From: Camelus dromedarius
Lineage: Eukaryota
Length of the DNA stretch: 64,000 nucleotides
Direction of reading: 5' to 3'
Assembly (NCBI RefSeq): GCF_036321535.1
Contig: NC_087472.1
Coordinates: 98,210,001 to 98,274,000, forward strand
Part shown: positions 27,020 through 39,719 of the stretch, piece by piece
Numbering within the stretch: position 1 is the stretch's first letter
Layout of the letters: every line of letters starts with the position of its first letter
Position numbers and translations under genes: made by a program
Notes under the pieces: generated by a model
The model's database searches: none
What the model saw: only the letters and a program-made list of their open reading frames with translations
Told to the model about the DNA's origin: nothing

Positions 27020-27447
27020 CTGAACCTGAGGTCCAAGGGCTCCGAAGGGGCCAGTGGACACAATTCAGGGGGTCTGCGAACTTGGATGGGAAAACATACA
27101 TCTTCATTTTCACTAACTGAAATTTAACATTTTCTTCAGTTATGCTTGTAAAACCACACATCAACTATATCTGGCCATTGTCACCAATGATCACACAACA
27201 GCTGAAATACTGACTTTCTCAGCACTACTGCAAAATTATGAAAGTCATGAAGGCCTGCAGCTAGACCGCATTTTAATGTCTTACTAAAGAAGCACCTATT
27301 ATTATTTACTATGTCACCTATTTGGGGCTTATTTTGAAAATTTTAATTTAAATAATTGAGTTATTTTATGCATTTAAAATTCTTCCTGAGAAGTGCTCCA
27401 CAGACTTCCCCAATGAGGGTCAAAGGCACACAACTTAAGAACCCCTA
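27020..27447. mobile_element. hAT DNA transposon fossil (Charlie4a-like)
   Basis: gaacttggatgggaaaatacatcttcattttcactaac; homologous to 53710-54180. Confidence 0.6.
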
Positions 27448-30400
27448 TGCTAAACCTTTTTCAGCTAAGCCTGTAATTCCCAAGCAGCCTTCCGTTCTTA
27501 ATGTTTTAAACACGATTATTGTTATAAAACTAATTTGTTGATTTGAACGGTACAAGTCACTTTATTTCCCTAAACTATAGATCAGTGATCCAAAAGACCC
27601 TCAGCATCAGCCAGGTTTCCCCCACTCACGATCTTCTTAATTCTAAAGGTAAATAAATGTGTGCTTTGTTTTCACCTAGTGGACTTGAACTAGCTTTCCA
27701 CCTTTACCATAGCACCCACCGGGTTCATTTAACCAGGACTTCTCAAACATCTCTGATGTATCAGAACTGTGTTTAGGATAGACCCTGAAGGTATGCCTTC
27801 AAGGACACTCCCAGCCCAAAAGTGGACATGGAAAGGAGGACTGCTACCTTTCCAGGGCAGGCAGAGGCCGGGCATACCTCACTCACCGCCGTCCATGCAG
27901 CATGCTCGCTCACTGCTGCGCATAAACAAACCATGTATCCTCCACCAGCCCAGAGATGCTTCAACTCTACAAATGTAGGACGTGTTTATTCTTGTTTGCC
28001 TCAGGCTGAGAAACCACAAAATGTTTTCTGGGCTCGAGAGTCCTCGAGTCCAATACTTCACTTACATGATCAAAGATGAGATTTTTTTTCAGCAGAAATT
28101 AAGATTCACTGAGTTACCTCATCAGCCTAAACCAAACAGGTACCGCCAGCTCAACCTATAATTGCCCTCAGTGGCCCAGTGGCTGCTGGATACTAGCTGG
28201 CTTGCACTGGTAACTAAGTTATACAGAATCGCAACATAATAACGTAACAAAGTGGTTCAAGTTTAATTCCTCTAAAATCACATCATGGAACTGGAGCATT
28301 AGGAAGGATTACTGACAAATGGGAAAAAGAACATGATTCCAGGCTCCACGGGCATTTGACTCACCCTTGAGTCACATCCAATACTCACATGCCAAGAGTA
28401 ATGCCTTTTGACTCATTATCATCAATTAAAATAAATGTTTTGGGAGACCTCACAGGTGGTAGATTTCTCACCAAGCGTCCCTTAATGAAAACCAAAGCCT
28501 TAGATTCTCGTTTAGCCAGACCCCTTTACAACTGTAGATACCTATGGACAGCAAAACCAAGTGATTGGGGGAAATGCAGTAAGAATCAGCTTTGTTACTT
28601 CCCAGTTTTGTAGGGACTCAAGCTCTCACACAGATGCATACCTACACGTCCCCCTTAATATGGTTTCTTTCTAGAATGTTTTTCATCTTGCCATCTTTAA
28701 AATTAATCTGGGAATTAAGAAAAACTAGCAGGGAATTCTCTCTCTTATTTTAACTTTCCCTTGGCACAACTAAATTATTTAGATGCCACTTCCACACTTT
28801 GCCCACTAGAACCTGCCAGTTTCCCCTGCTCCCTTCCAAACAGTCCATGCGTGGTTCTTTCTCCCTCTCTAGCCAGTGTCCGCCCAAAATGTTCACGTTC
28901 TCTCGTTTTTTCTTCATACAGTTAAGTGAAGGTTTTTCCCGCTTTTACAGCAAAGCACAAAAGCCCAGTGTGGGCAACCATTTCAACAGACAACACCTGA
29001 ATTAAGCTAAAAACTGTTTAAGGCTTCAGGCAAGGACACTCAGACTGAGGGAAGTGCCAGAAGCTTCTGGCCTCATCCTGAGATTACCTTCTTCAGAGCC
29101 TAGAAAACCCACGCTCAACAAGCAGAGGTGAGTGCTCACACGTGTTTGCCACCAGAGAGACTTCCTAGAGTCAACTCTTAGCACCTGGGTGACCCTGAAC
29201 CACGGTTTCTTCCTCAAGCCTCACCCTCCTCACCTCTACATTCAGTATGCTAGCACCTTCACTAAGCCCTAAAGCTGGCAGGATAACTAGTCAACAAAAG
29301 CTTTTAGCTAGCTCCAATCACCATTTTATCTCCTGATTCTCCCCAGTCGCTTTCCTCCCCTGCAGCCGCACCTAAGAAAGGAGGAAACTAAGAAATGCTT
29401 TGTCTTCTCCTCGTCACCTCCCCCCACCCAAATACGCAGATATTACTTAACAACCCGTGGTGTTTTACAGCAACTCCCTTAATATTAAAAGCCCTATGAA
29501 GTGTGCAGCACCCTTCCCTTTTTTACCACAGAGAAAATGAGGCTCAGAAAGGTTGAGAAATAAAGCCGAAGTCCCAAGCAGACCCCATCAAGACAGGACG
29601 CAAACCTACGTCTTTCTCCAAATCCTCAAAGCCTTTTTCCTTTTTCTCATTTTATGCCTTCGGAAATCCTTTCAGTTTGGGGGAGAAAAACGCAAAGTGA
29701 GTACTCAGAAGTTAAAAAAAAAAAAAAGAGAAAGTGTGACAGTAATGTTTTCAATGCTAACAGAAAAGGTGGCTCCAGCCAATTGAAAAAGCAAAACCTG
29801 GACGCAACGCTCCAAGTGGGAGGTACGGGAAGCAGATTCAAGTCTGCGGCAGTCACAGGTTTAAAAGCCACCAGAAAGTCCTACCCCTCCCCCCCCCACC
29901 GTGTTAGACGCACCCACAAAAAAGCGTGCAAAATACCCTTCCTCGCCACAATTCCTACCGTCAGTCCCAACTTTCCCAGCCCTCTGTTCTGGTCGCCTAT
30001 CAGCTCTTCCGAGCCTCCCTGACTCGGGGAGTTTACAGTTCCCGCGCTCCGACCTCACCAACCCCCCCAATAATAATATGATCATCGTTTCCTTTTCCCG
30101 TGCCCCGTCCCTTTCCGGGGAATCTGTCTCCTACGCAGTCAGCTAAGAATTCTGCGAGCACCGCGCGGTCCTGCCCCAGCCTCGGCTCCCACGAGGGGAG
30201 CCCCCGCCCCCGGGGGGGAATTACCCGCCTCGAGGAACGGGAAAAGGTCCCGCGGGCGGCCCTGCATGCCCCCCGCCCCTGTGCCCCTGCCCCGGGGGGG
30301 GGGGCCGCGGACCCCGGGAGTCTTCTTCCAGCGCGGGGGGCAGCCAAGCCCGCGGGGGTCGCGGGTGGGCGACCCGGGCCCCAAAGGGCGGCTCGGTCGG

Positions 30401-30641
30401 GGTCGGGGAGGGACCTGGCGGGCCCCTCCAGGCCCCGCGCCGCCGCCGCCGGCGGGACGGAGCGCAGTGCGAGCAGGAGCGCGGCCTCCGCGCGGGCGCC
30501 GGTGCACGCGGCAGCCCCGGAGACGCCCGCGCCGGAGCCGGGGCCGCGCGGCCGTCCGCATTGTTCGGCCCGCGGCGCGCGCCCCGCCCGGCCCCGCCGG
30601 CGCCGGCCCTAGCAGGGCAGGTGGCGAGCGCGCACCCTCAC

Positions 30642-30690
30642 CTTTGGCGCCGAGCATGAAGTCGAGGGTGCTGTGCCGTGCTGCTGCCAT
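30642..30690 (-). CDS. SMS: Spermine synthase coding exon 1 (49 nt; MAAARHSTLDFMLGAK+G)
   Basis: Translation matches the mammalian SMS N-terminus; ATG in strong context (cactATGG); donor AAG|GTGAGG at 30641; lies in a CpG island. Confidence 0.98.
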
Positions 30691-30713
30691 AGTGAGGCGA
30701 GGCCCTGTGCCAT
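30642..30713 (-). promoter_or_regulatory. Overlapping uORF, exon-1 part (continues at 11562-11542): MAQGLASLWQQHGTAPSTSCSAPK-LMVRPF*
   Basis: ATG at 30713-30711 in ggcATGG context, 23 nt upstream of and out of frame with the SMS ATG; stop TGA at 11544-11542 after splicing. Confidence 0.7.
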
Positions 30714-32951
30714 GCCTAGGGCAGGCGGCCGGGGAGACAGGGGGCCGCGAGGCGTGTCAGGCTGCGGCCAGCGGGGAGTGCGCCGCGCCGGGGAGGCCGA
30801 GGGTAGGAGGTGGGAGGGACCGCCGGGAGCCACCCGGGGCGCGGGGGCGGGGTCGGGCCCGCCTCCGGGAGGGAGGACGCGAGGACGCCCGCCGCCCCGA
30901 ACTCCGAGCGCCGGGTGTGAGGCCGCGCTAAGGCAATGGTGGAAACGTGGGCGCTGTGCTCCCTGGCGTGCGTCACCAATGGCCGCGCCCTGCGCCGAGG
31001 ATCGGGCGGGCGCTCCCGCCATCCGTTAGGTCACCTTAGCTTTAAACCGCGCCGCATGACTTCCGGGGGGCCCACCCCTGCACTTCCCCAGACTGGCCCC
31101 CGAGCCCAGGCCCCTCTGATTTCCTGGCCAAGCCCAGAAAATAAAATGCTGGGATCCACCCTAGAGCCTAAAAGTACTGCCGCCTTTTTCTTAACTCTTC
31201 TAAGGCTGCAGTTTAATCCATTAGAATTGTCATGTCCATTATCAGGAGCCAGGGCCGGCTTTGCATTTCAGCACCGAAGAGAAAGCTCGTGGATTTTCAA
31301 GTTTGTTACCTACTTTTTCGCGAAATTGGGAATGGGGAAGAAGCAAGTGAGAGGAAAACGGTGTAAACGTTGATTTGGGAAATGACAGCTTCTGAAGTTG
31401 CTTCTCCATCACTGATGTCTCCATTGGTGGCACTGAACCTCGGCCGTGGGCTCGTCTGACTTCAGGGTTATGCCCGGTGTTCCACAAGATGTGACAAAGG
31501 AGAGAACATCAGTGTCTGCACTAAAGCCCTCCTTTATTATACTGACAGTATCACTGGGCAAATGCCTCCATCATCCCATCAGTCCTCAGTGCCTCGGCGT
31601 TCAGAAGCTCCGTACGAACTGCTGTAATGGCTGGAAAGAATTGACATCACTGAACTCTTGTATTTCCACAAGCGCAGGAGGAACCTAGATATTAAACTCA
31701 TCTCTCCCGTAAACACTCCCTAGTGGCCTTTTTGCCCCAGTCCTTTCTACAAGGACTGCGCAATGTCTTCACAACTGTTCTTCAACAGATCATCCTGTTA
31801 AGAACTGCATTCCCTTTTATGTCCCCTACATTAATTTTCTCCTGCCCAGGCCACCTGTTTGTTGCCCTGCCTCTTTTCTTTTCTTTGGATCCCAGGGTTT
31901 TCTATTTCCATAGCTGTTCCACTATCTCAGCCTTGAGTCTCTGTTCATCAGACTGCAGCTCCTGCTTGCTTCCTGGGCTGTTCTCCAGTTCATGCCATTC
32001 CTCCGGAGTCAGGTCCCTGGGAAAGCAGTTGTTGTCCTCTGCCACGTTGCAGGGGCCCAGGTCTCCAGTGTGCCTCTCTTATCCGCAGCATGGAACCTGT
32101 GCAGTGACACAGGGCCTCATACTCCGAAGGGCTCTGCACTTGCTTTAACTCTCCGCTCTTGCTGTCTTGAAATTGTTAATAATTTGTGAACGAGGGCCCT
32201 GTGTTTTCATTTTGTGCTGGGCCTGCAAATTATGTAGCCAGTCCTGCTCAGCAGCTTGTGTCCTGCAGGACAGGTGGCAGCAGCCAGCAGCCAGTGCTAG
32301 TGCCCCGCCTCGCTTCTGCAGGTGCGAAATAGGTGGAAATGAAAGTCCTTGAGATGCTCTGCCATTAACTAATCAGACAGCCACAACCAAAGTGGAGTTT
32401 AACAAAAACACTTCATCAAGTTAGTATAGCATCAGAGATAAAGGGGCCTTGAAAAGGAGGCAACATTGTTGGGGTGATTTTAGGAGTTACTGTAAGGATG
32501 TATCACCTACCATAGTGCATGTACCGCCTACCAGTGACACAGTCTTGGCAAGATTGTTAAAGGTGGGACATGGACAGGAATCAAGGGCTTGAGGCCTTTT
32601 TAAATACCTCCCACTGAGCTGTGAGTACGTATTCGGATTCTGGAATGTGTCCTCATTGCCTGAGTTTTATAGTCTAGCCCCCTGGCTTCAAGGCCTGTTA
32701 GAGGACAAGTAATCACTTTGTTGTGAGAATCGTTTGTGTTACAGTTGACCAGTATATCCTGTGCGATTTTTGTCACATCAGAGAATTCAGCAACATATCC
32801 TGCAACAAAAAAGGAGAGACTTACCCAACTCCAGCCTGCATTCTCAAAACAGCCTCCTAATCAACAAAATCTTGGCAATGATGAAAATGTGGCTTATCAT
32901 GGATTAATGTCCTCTTGCCTGCCTTTGTGTGCCCTGGGCCAAAAGGAGGCC

Positions 32952-33484
32952 TGAAGCAGAGAAAAGCAGCCCCTGGCATCCGTCAGGAGTTGGCCGGGTG
33001 CTCTCCTGTTGAGCATAAACAATTCTCCAGAACCCCAACATCAGACCAGGCCACTCTGTGAGCAGGATGGGCCAGAACAAAAACAAGACCGCTCCGGAAT
33101 CATGTTAGAACCCGGACAAAGCAGGAACTTGTCCAAACCACAAAAGTCACCCAACGGCCCTGGCTTCTGACTCATCTGAGAGACTGCAGCTTCTTCACTA
33201 ACCCCAGCCTGGTTGTCTGCTCTTCCCGCTTCTCGGGAAGATTACTAAGAACCTGATCATGGAATCACCCCTGCTTCCTGACAGCATCCAACCCAGGGCA
33301 GTGCCCGGCTTCCTTAAATGCTCCCCGAAGCACCTGACACAGTCCCCTGCCCCACTCCTAGTGTGGTCCTTCCTGACAGCCTGTTGCTGGGATGCCCCAC
33401 AGTTCCCCATGGAGTATGGCTGTTCCACTGCAGGTGTTCCTGGGAGGGGCGGGGTGGCGGAGGAGTGGCTGGAGGGCAGTGACA
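32952..33484. mobile_element. Old solo LTR, probably ERVL class; family uncertain
   Basis: TG...CA bounded ~530 bp with LTR-like content (cataaacaattctccagaac, cccctgcttcctgacagcatccaa, ggagggcagtgaCA). Confidence 0.55.
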
Positions 33485-34003
33485 ATAAGATGAAGTCAAT
33501 ACTTAGAATAGAAAAACTGTAGGTGACCCTCTCAGCAAAATGCTACTTAGCGTTAGATATTACTCTTATCCAAAACTGACGTTCACACGGGGCTGTCTGC
33601 TTATTGGCAGTCTGGCCAACTTGCACATCTGCAATGTCTGCAACAGTTTTTAAAAACTCTGAGGAAGAGCCACACTATCCTGCATAGTTAGCAACAGTCA
33701 CTGCCTCCTGGGAAGAAGAAAATCAACAACAGAAAAGAACTCTCTGTTAAAAAAGAAGGCAGTGGTGGTGGCAGGGAAATGGGGGTGCTAACTGGAAACC
33801 GCCCCAGGTTGCAAGAACCCACAGGCCACCTATTGGGCTGGTGGCCCAAACCTTCCTTGTGAAGGAAGGGTGGGGGACACTACCCAGTAGCCTGTTGTTT
33901 TATTGTTTGGTTGTTTTGCTTTTGTACCAGTTCACTTGGGACCCTGGGAGACATTCTGCCTCCCTGCCCTGTGTGTGCAGCTGTGGTGAAATCACTTCCT
34001 CTA

Positions 34004-34004
<1 letters not shown>

Positions 34005-34064
<60 letters not shown>
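34005..34064 (+). repeat. (AAC)20 perfect microsatellite
   Basis: Direct count; produces the poly-Q and poly-T ORFs in the track. Confidence 0.97.
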
Positions 34065-34066
<2 letters not shown>

Positions 34067-34419
34067 AAACTGGCTTTAGCTATTAGGGTTGCAATGGCTG
34101 ACAGAAATCTGGATCACTCCCTTGCCATTTTTCAGATGAATGTGGGCCTCACCCAGCTGGTCAAACACAATTTAAATTTCTGATTAAAACAAATGTATAA
34201 CTGAGAGGGGCCTACAATCTTTTGATACTGTGATTCTCAGCTTTGGCTGCACATTGGAATCACCTAGGGAGCTTTAAAAACTACTGCTGCTGCCTGGGCC
34301 CTGACCCAGGTACAGCCCAGATAACAGGTTGTTAAAATAAATAAGTAAAAACCCAGGAGATTCCAATGCAAAGTGCAGCGTGAACCCCAATTGATACACC
34401 CACGAGGATGGCTCTGACA

Positions 34420-35080
34420 CAAGTAAATACATACATTTTGAAAGCCAAAAAATAACAAGTGTTGGCGAGGATGCAGAGGAATTGCTGGTGGGAATGTAAA
34501 ATGGTGCAGCCGCTGTGGAAAACAGTTTGGCGGTTCCCTAAAACATTCAACATACAGTTACCATGAGACCCAGCAATTCCATTCTTGGGTATGTACCCGA
34601 AAGGAAGGAAAACAGGTGTGCAAACAAAAACTGGTACACAAATGGTTATAGCAGCACTATTTACAATGGCCCAAATTTCCATCAACAGATGAATGGCTAA
34701 ACAAACGATTATTCAGCCATTAAAAGGAGTAAGTCCTGACACATGGCACAGCAGAGGTGAACCTTGAAAACACTATGCCAAATGGAAGAAGCCAGTCACA
34801 AAAGGACAAATACTGTATGATTCCACTTGAAATGTCCAGAATAGGTAAATCTTGGAGACAAAAGTTGGGTTAGTACATGACAGGGGCTGAGGGGAGGAGA
34901 AAGGTGAAATGACTGCTTAATGGTATGGGATTTCCTTTTAGGGGATGAAAATGCCTTGGAATTAGATACAAGTGGTAGTTGCACCAAACTGTAAATGTAC
35001 TAAATGGCAGTGCATTTTTCACCGTGAAATGGCTAATTCTATGTTATATACATTGTACCTCAATTAAAAAAAGAAAAAAG
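34420..35080 (+). mobile_element. L1MB-type ORF2 end / 3' UTR
   Basis: gctggtgggaatgtaaaatggtgcagccgctgtggaaaacagtttgg; gacccagcaattcc; A tail at ~35065-35080. Confidence 0.88.
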
Positions 35081-36136
35081 ACCTGTAGCCAAACCAAGTT
35101 GGTAAGGCAAAACAGGTAGAACTGTATAGAAATTTTTAATGAAGTGAACCTCATCACCTGAAGCAAATTTCAAGTAAATGCCTGATGGGGTGGCATTGAA
35201 GTTAGGCATTTGCAAAAAGGTGCAGAAACCAGCTTCCTGGCTGTAGTTTTCCCACAGAAAAGCATTCTCCAGCTTCAAATGCTAACTTATTTAAACCTTA
35301 CCACAGCCCTAAGAGGTAGGAGCAATGATCCCCATTTTATAAATGGATTAACTGAGGCACAAAGAGGTTCGGTAGTTAGAAAGTGGCAGAGCCAGTACTC
35401 AAACCCAAGCAGGTGGCTCCAGAGTCTGGCTATTCACCCGTTCATGGTGCTGCCTGATTGTCCTGCCTGTTGTGTCAAAGTGCCCCCCTTTTCTTACAAA
35501 TCCTCAAAGCCAAGGTGCGAGTCAGCCTCCCTCCCACAAGCAGGTGCCCGCTCCCCAACAGAGAGTGTGACTGGAGAGGGTGTCTGGCTTCCCTCCTCTC
35601 TGGAGCGATTGCCTATCTCCACCAAACAATTTCTGGGGTGAATTCCTACTCGACCTCTTACTAGCTGTGTGACAGTGGACAGGTTCATCAACCTCTCTGT
35701 GCCTCCTTCCTCCCCTCTGAAAAAATGGAGCTAATAACAGTACCCACATCATAGAGCTGTTGTGAGGATGAAATGAATAAATATATGACAAGCACAGAGG
35801 GCAGTATCTGACACATGACAAGTATTCAATAAATGGCTACGGGGACGAGGATGCTGATATTATTACTAAGGCACACCCTACTCTAGGCAATAAGCTCCTT
35901 CAGGACTCCTGACTTTTCATCCTTGGGTTCCCAGTGCTTATCACTGTGCCTGGCACACAGTAGGCCCTCAATATCTGTCCTCTGAAATGAACTGAGGACT
36001 AGAGCATCGTGCTTAATACCCCAGTGGACCCCAAGCAGAGACCACATTCTCTGGGTCGGGGAAGCAAAGTGACAGCCAGCGAACTCTGTTCCCCACTCTG
36101 GACTTCCCCACTTTCTTCCCCATCATTCGACTCATG

Positions 36137-36500
36137 CAGTCTGCCCTCTGTATCCGTGAGGTCCGCGTCTGCAGAGTCCGCGTCTGCAGATTCAACCAAC
36201 CTCAAGTTGAAAGTGTTCAAAAAACAAATTCCAGAAAGTCCCCAAAAGTGAAACTTGAACTTGCCCATGTACTGGCAACTATCTACATAGCATTTACATT
36301 AAATTTATAACTATTTACATAGAATTTATATTGTATTAGGTATTACAGGTAACCTAGAGATTGTTGTAAGATACTAGAGGATGTGCTTAGGTTGGTTAAA
36401 TGCAAACACTATGCTATTTGATATAACTTGAGCCTCCTCAGATTTTGGTATCTTAGGGGGGTCTTAGAACTGATCCCCTACAGATGCTGTGGGACAACTG
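36137..36500. mobile_element. TcMar-Tigger MITE (Tigger3a/MER2-like)
   Basis: Termini cagtctgccctctgtatc ... gatgctgtgggacaactg followed by TA; internal 15-bp tandem duplication at 36161-36190. Confidence 0.8.
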
Positions 36501-37119
36501 TATTCCTGACCCTCAGGGTGCCAGTCAGTCCACGGCTCATTCAGAAGCCCCTTAAGAGTTCACTGGTGGAACTCTCTGGATGATTCTTTAAGAAAAGTAA
36601 ATGACAAAATAGGTTTTCCTCAAGACATTTTGAGCCAGTACCCCGAGTGCCAGTCATAATCCTCATTCGTGTCCCCGCTGACCCTTGTCACAAAAGGATG
36701 AGAAGTTGGTTCCTGCTATTACCCCACAGCCACTTTCCTCACCCCTGCAGACTCTAAGTGCCCTGAGATGTGTCCACGCCTGCCCTCCTTTTTCCAAGTG
36801 AAATACTGTCTAACCCACCCACCCCACTTCCTCCTCTCCTCTCATTTCCAGCAAAGAATGGTGCGGTACGGGGAGGGGAGACTGAATGGCTGTAATGCAC
36901 TACCTAAGTGCCTATGCTCAAATAATGACACAATCAAAATTATTACCAAAGCAAATAACAGAGCATGTTTTGATCCAAAATGTAATGTTCTGACCTCTTA
37001 TCTGACTGAAGCATTTACCACAGCTATACTCAAAGATATGACTAAATTTTCAACTGTTAGTGCTATTAAATACATACTTTTCTGTAAGATGGAGTCCTTA
37101 CTTCCTCGGTCTCTAGAGG

Positions 37120-37400
37120 CAGTTTGCAGAATGGTTAGGATCAGGGCCTTTGTCAGCCAGCCTGGATCGTAATCTTGATTCCTCCACTTGCTTGCAGGTG
37201 ATCTTTGACAAATGATCTAATCTTTCTAAGTTTCTTCAGCTATGAAGGAGGTATCACAACAGCATCTCTTTCACAGAGGATAAAATAAATGAGAATTAAA
37301 TATATTAGGATTAAATAAATGAGGATTAAATAAATTAATAGAAGTACTGCACTTAGAAAAGTGCCTGGCACATAGAACATAGAATGATTAGTTATTATTA
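37120..37400 (+). mobile_element. MIR SINE with an internal 4x15-bp tandem array (37276-37335)
   Basis: MIR core motifs (gaggattaaat, cacttagaaaagtgcctggcacatag). Other MIRs at ~22570, 26750, 35280, 35630, 54440. Confidence 0.75.
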
Positions 37401-37984
37401 ATGAGTTAAGACTGCTGTTTAGCTGGTAGTTTCCTTTTCCCCAGCCCAAATGGTGAGTACCCTGGGGTTTACAGGGCTTCCCGTGTTTCAGTTAACATTT
37501 CCTAGAGTAGAGCTAAAAGATTTCCAAAGCCCACAGAGTCCTCTTATCTTAAATGTATTTCATACAACAGTCAGAGGTAGTCCCAGAAGCTGATTGCAGT
37601 GAGTTGGGTATGAGCCGCCATTCTGCAGCACCGTGCCCTTTCTCCTGCCCTACACGGGTTTTATCCTCACCTGAAACACCTTCTTTCCCCAGTGGGAAAG
37701 CCCACATGTGAGCGTTCAAGGCCCAGCTCAGGTGTCACTCCTAATCCAGGCAGAGCTGATTGCTTGTTTGCTTGCTCATCCGTGCTCCCACAGCACAGTG
37801 GCCAGCACTCCAGTGAAGAACCTTCCACCTTGCATTAGTGGTAGCATGCTAGTGCTCGTCCAACTAGACCTGTGCTTCTCTCCAGCCAACTGTCCTTCCC
37901 TCATGGGACAAAAATCCAGAAAGTGTGAGGGACCAGCCCAAGGTTAGATGCTTGTTAGTAAAATGAAGTCTCAGGGATCACGAC

Positions 37985-38588
37985 TGTAAGCAGAAAGGGT
38001 AAGGGGTCCCTGGAGAAAGAGAACCAGGCGTGGCTTTCTTGACATAAGAGAAACCATTTTGGCCTGAGTCATTTTGTGATCTAAGCCTGGCCACGATGCT
38101 GTACTTGAACAGACCTCAGCAATTCCTGATCTTAAGGGAAGTGAGGGAATGCAGGAACAAAGGAAAAGCAGTCAAGAAACAAGTTCAGCAATAAAACAGA
38201 GTCCAAGTTCCTCCTCAAGGGATTTTACGTAACAACCTGACACTTTCAGTTCTGGAGGAACTAAGGCCCCCACCCAGGTGGAGGATGGAAGGAGGATGTT
38301 GACCTTTTCTGACCCTCATGACTCCAATCCACTAAAACTTGGACTTTCTCAACCTTTGCCCAAGTTCTATGCTGAACTTTCCTCTGCTCAAGCCCCTTCA
38401 TGAACATTCACATGCCCTTACCTTCAAATTTCCCGTTTTGCTGCTGCGGAGACACTGCTTTGGGAACGATCCCCAGTGTTCTCCTTACTTGCTGCCAGTA
38501 ACGACTCCTCCCTTCTTCTGATCTTTGGCCTGGTTGTGTCTTTTGGCTCGACAGCCACCAAGGGGCAAACCCAGTTTTTCAGGTAACA
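37985..38588 (+). mobile_element. Solo ERV1-class LTR (~604 bp)
   Basis: TGTAAG...GGTAACA termini; near-TSD cgac/ggac; U3 blocks shared with the LTR at 63400. Confidence 0.85.
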
Positions 38589-39719
38589 GGACCCGGGTGC
38601 CCCAGTTCTCAGGCCAGGGCTCTTTTCTTTAACCTACGTTGTCCTTATGTCCAGCTTCCATTACCAAATGTCCACCATGGGCCACAGTATTTGTAAAGCA
38701 CTGTGAGTTCTTTAAACATGTCATTTCTAATCCTCCCAACCCAGCAAGATTTATTCCTTATTTAAAGACATAGACACTGAGGCCAAGTGACCTGCTTAAG
38801 GCCACATGCCAGTATGGGACAGAGCGAGGCTTTCAGTGTGGGTCAGTCTGACTCCAAAGTCAGGAGAATTTCTAGTCTATCAGGTTGCCGCTCAGGGCTG
38901 GAAATGAGAGCAGAAAAAAAGCGCTGAATGGTTCATTTAGAACACACTCATTTTACATGCAGACAATTGCTGTTTTAAGGAAAGGGTAGAAGAAAAAGAG
39001 AGATTAGATTTTGGCATGCAAAGGCAAAACAATAAATATTCTTTTTTCCTGTTCCTGGATCCCATTGCAGCTTCTTCAAAGCAAGTGAATTTATGCATGT
39101 TGACACAGCTCTTATTTTAAAATCTTCTTTGGCTCAGTTTTCAGCTTCTTCCCCTTGGCACAACCAGATGCATGACTCCCCTCTGAGAATCTGCCTAAAA
39201 TCATTATGCAGCAGTTACTATTAAGATCCACGCTGCAAAAATAATTCACTTCTCTCCACTCAGCCACAGGTTTCTTCTGGTTTTATAGTATATTTCCTGG
39301 CATATCACCATGTTAATCATAAAGGTCTTGTACTTTAAGGATACATTAATATTAATATTGAAAAAGTAGGTTCGTTCCATCAGGAAGTTTATCCTTTTTT
39401 CTAAATTATTTACAAGTATATAGTTTTCTCATTTTTGTTTGAAATAGTAGATCTTGTTTCAATCTAAGTATACCTGTTGACATTACAACTCCACAAGTAA
39501 AAATGAATAGATATTATTTTATACTTGCTTCCTTAGAAAAACACCAGGTTATTGTACTTCAGTTATTTGCAATTAATCAAAACTGATTTAGAAACTTCAC
39601 ATTATCATGCTAGTGCAAAAAAGAAAAACATACTGCAACGTGAGATGCCTGCCAAATGGGAAAAATAAAGCTCAGAGAACATTCCATTGCTGTTATAAAG
39701 CAATGGCAAGATCTTCAAT

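Larger units (their letters stand above)
30100..31100. promoter_or_regulatory. SMS: CpG island / TATA-less promoter of SMS
   Basis: Very GC- and CpG-rich around exon 1; GC box GGGGCGGGG 30844-30852, CCAAT 30976-30980, ETS-type ACTTCCGG 31059-31066. The TSS cannot be placed. Confidence 0.9.

Noticed and set aside
30033..31373. Cluster of long GC-rich ORFs (up to 221 aa) on both strands
   Set aside because: Expected stop-codon depletion in a CpG island; low-complexity Arg/Pro/Gly/Ala translations. Only the SMS exon-1 frame and the uORF are supported.
33841..34183. Poly-Q and poly-T ORFs
   Set aside because: Translations of the (AAC)20 microsatellite with no gene structure.
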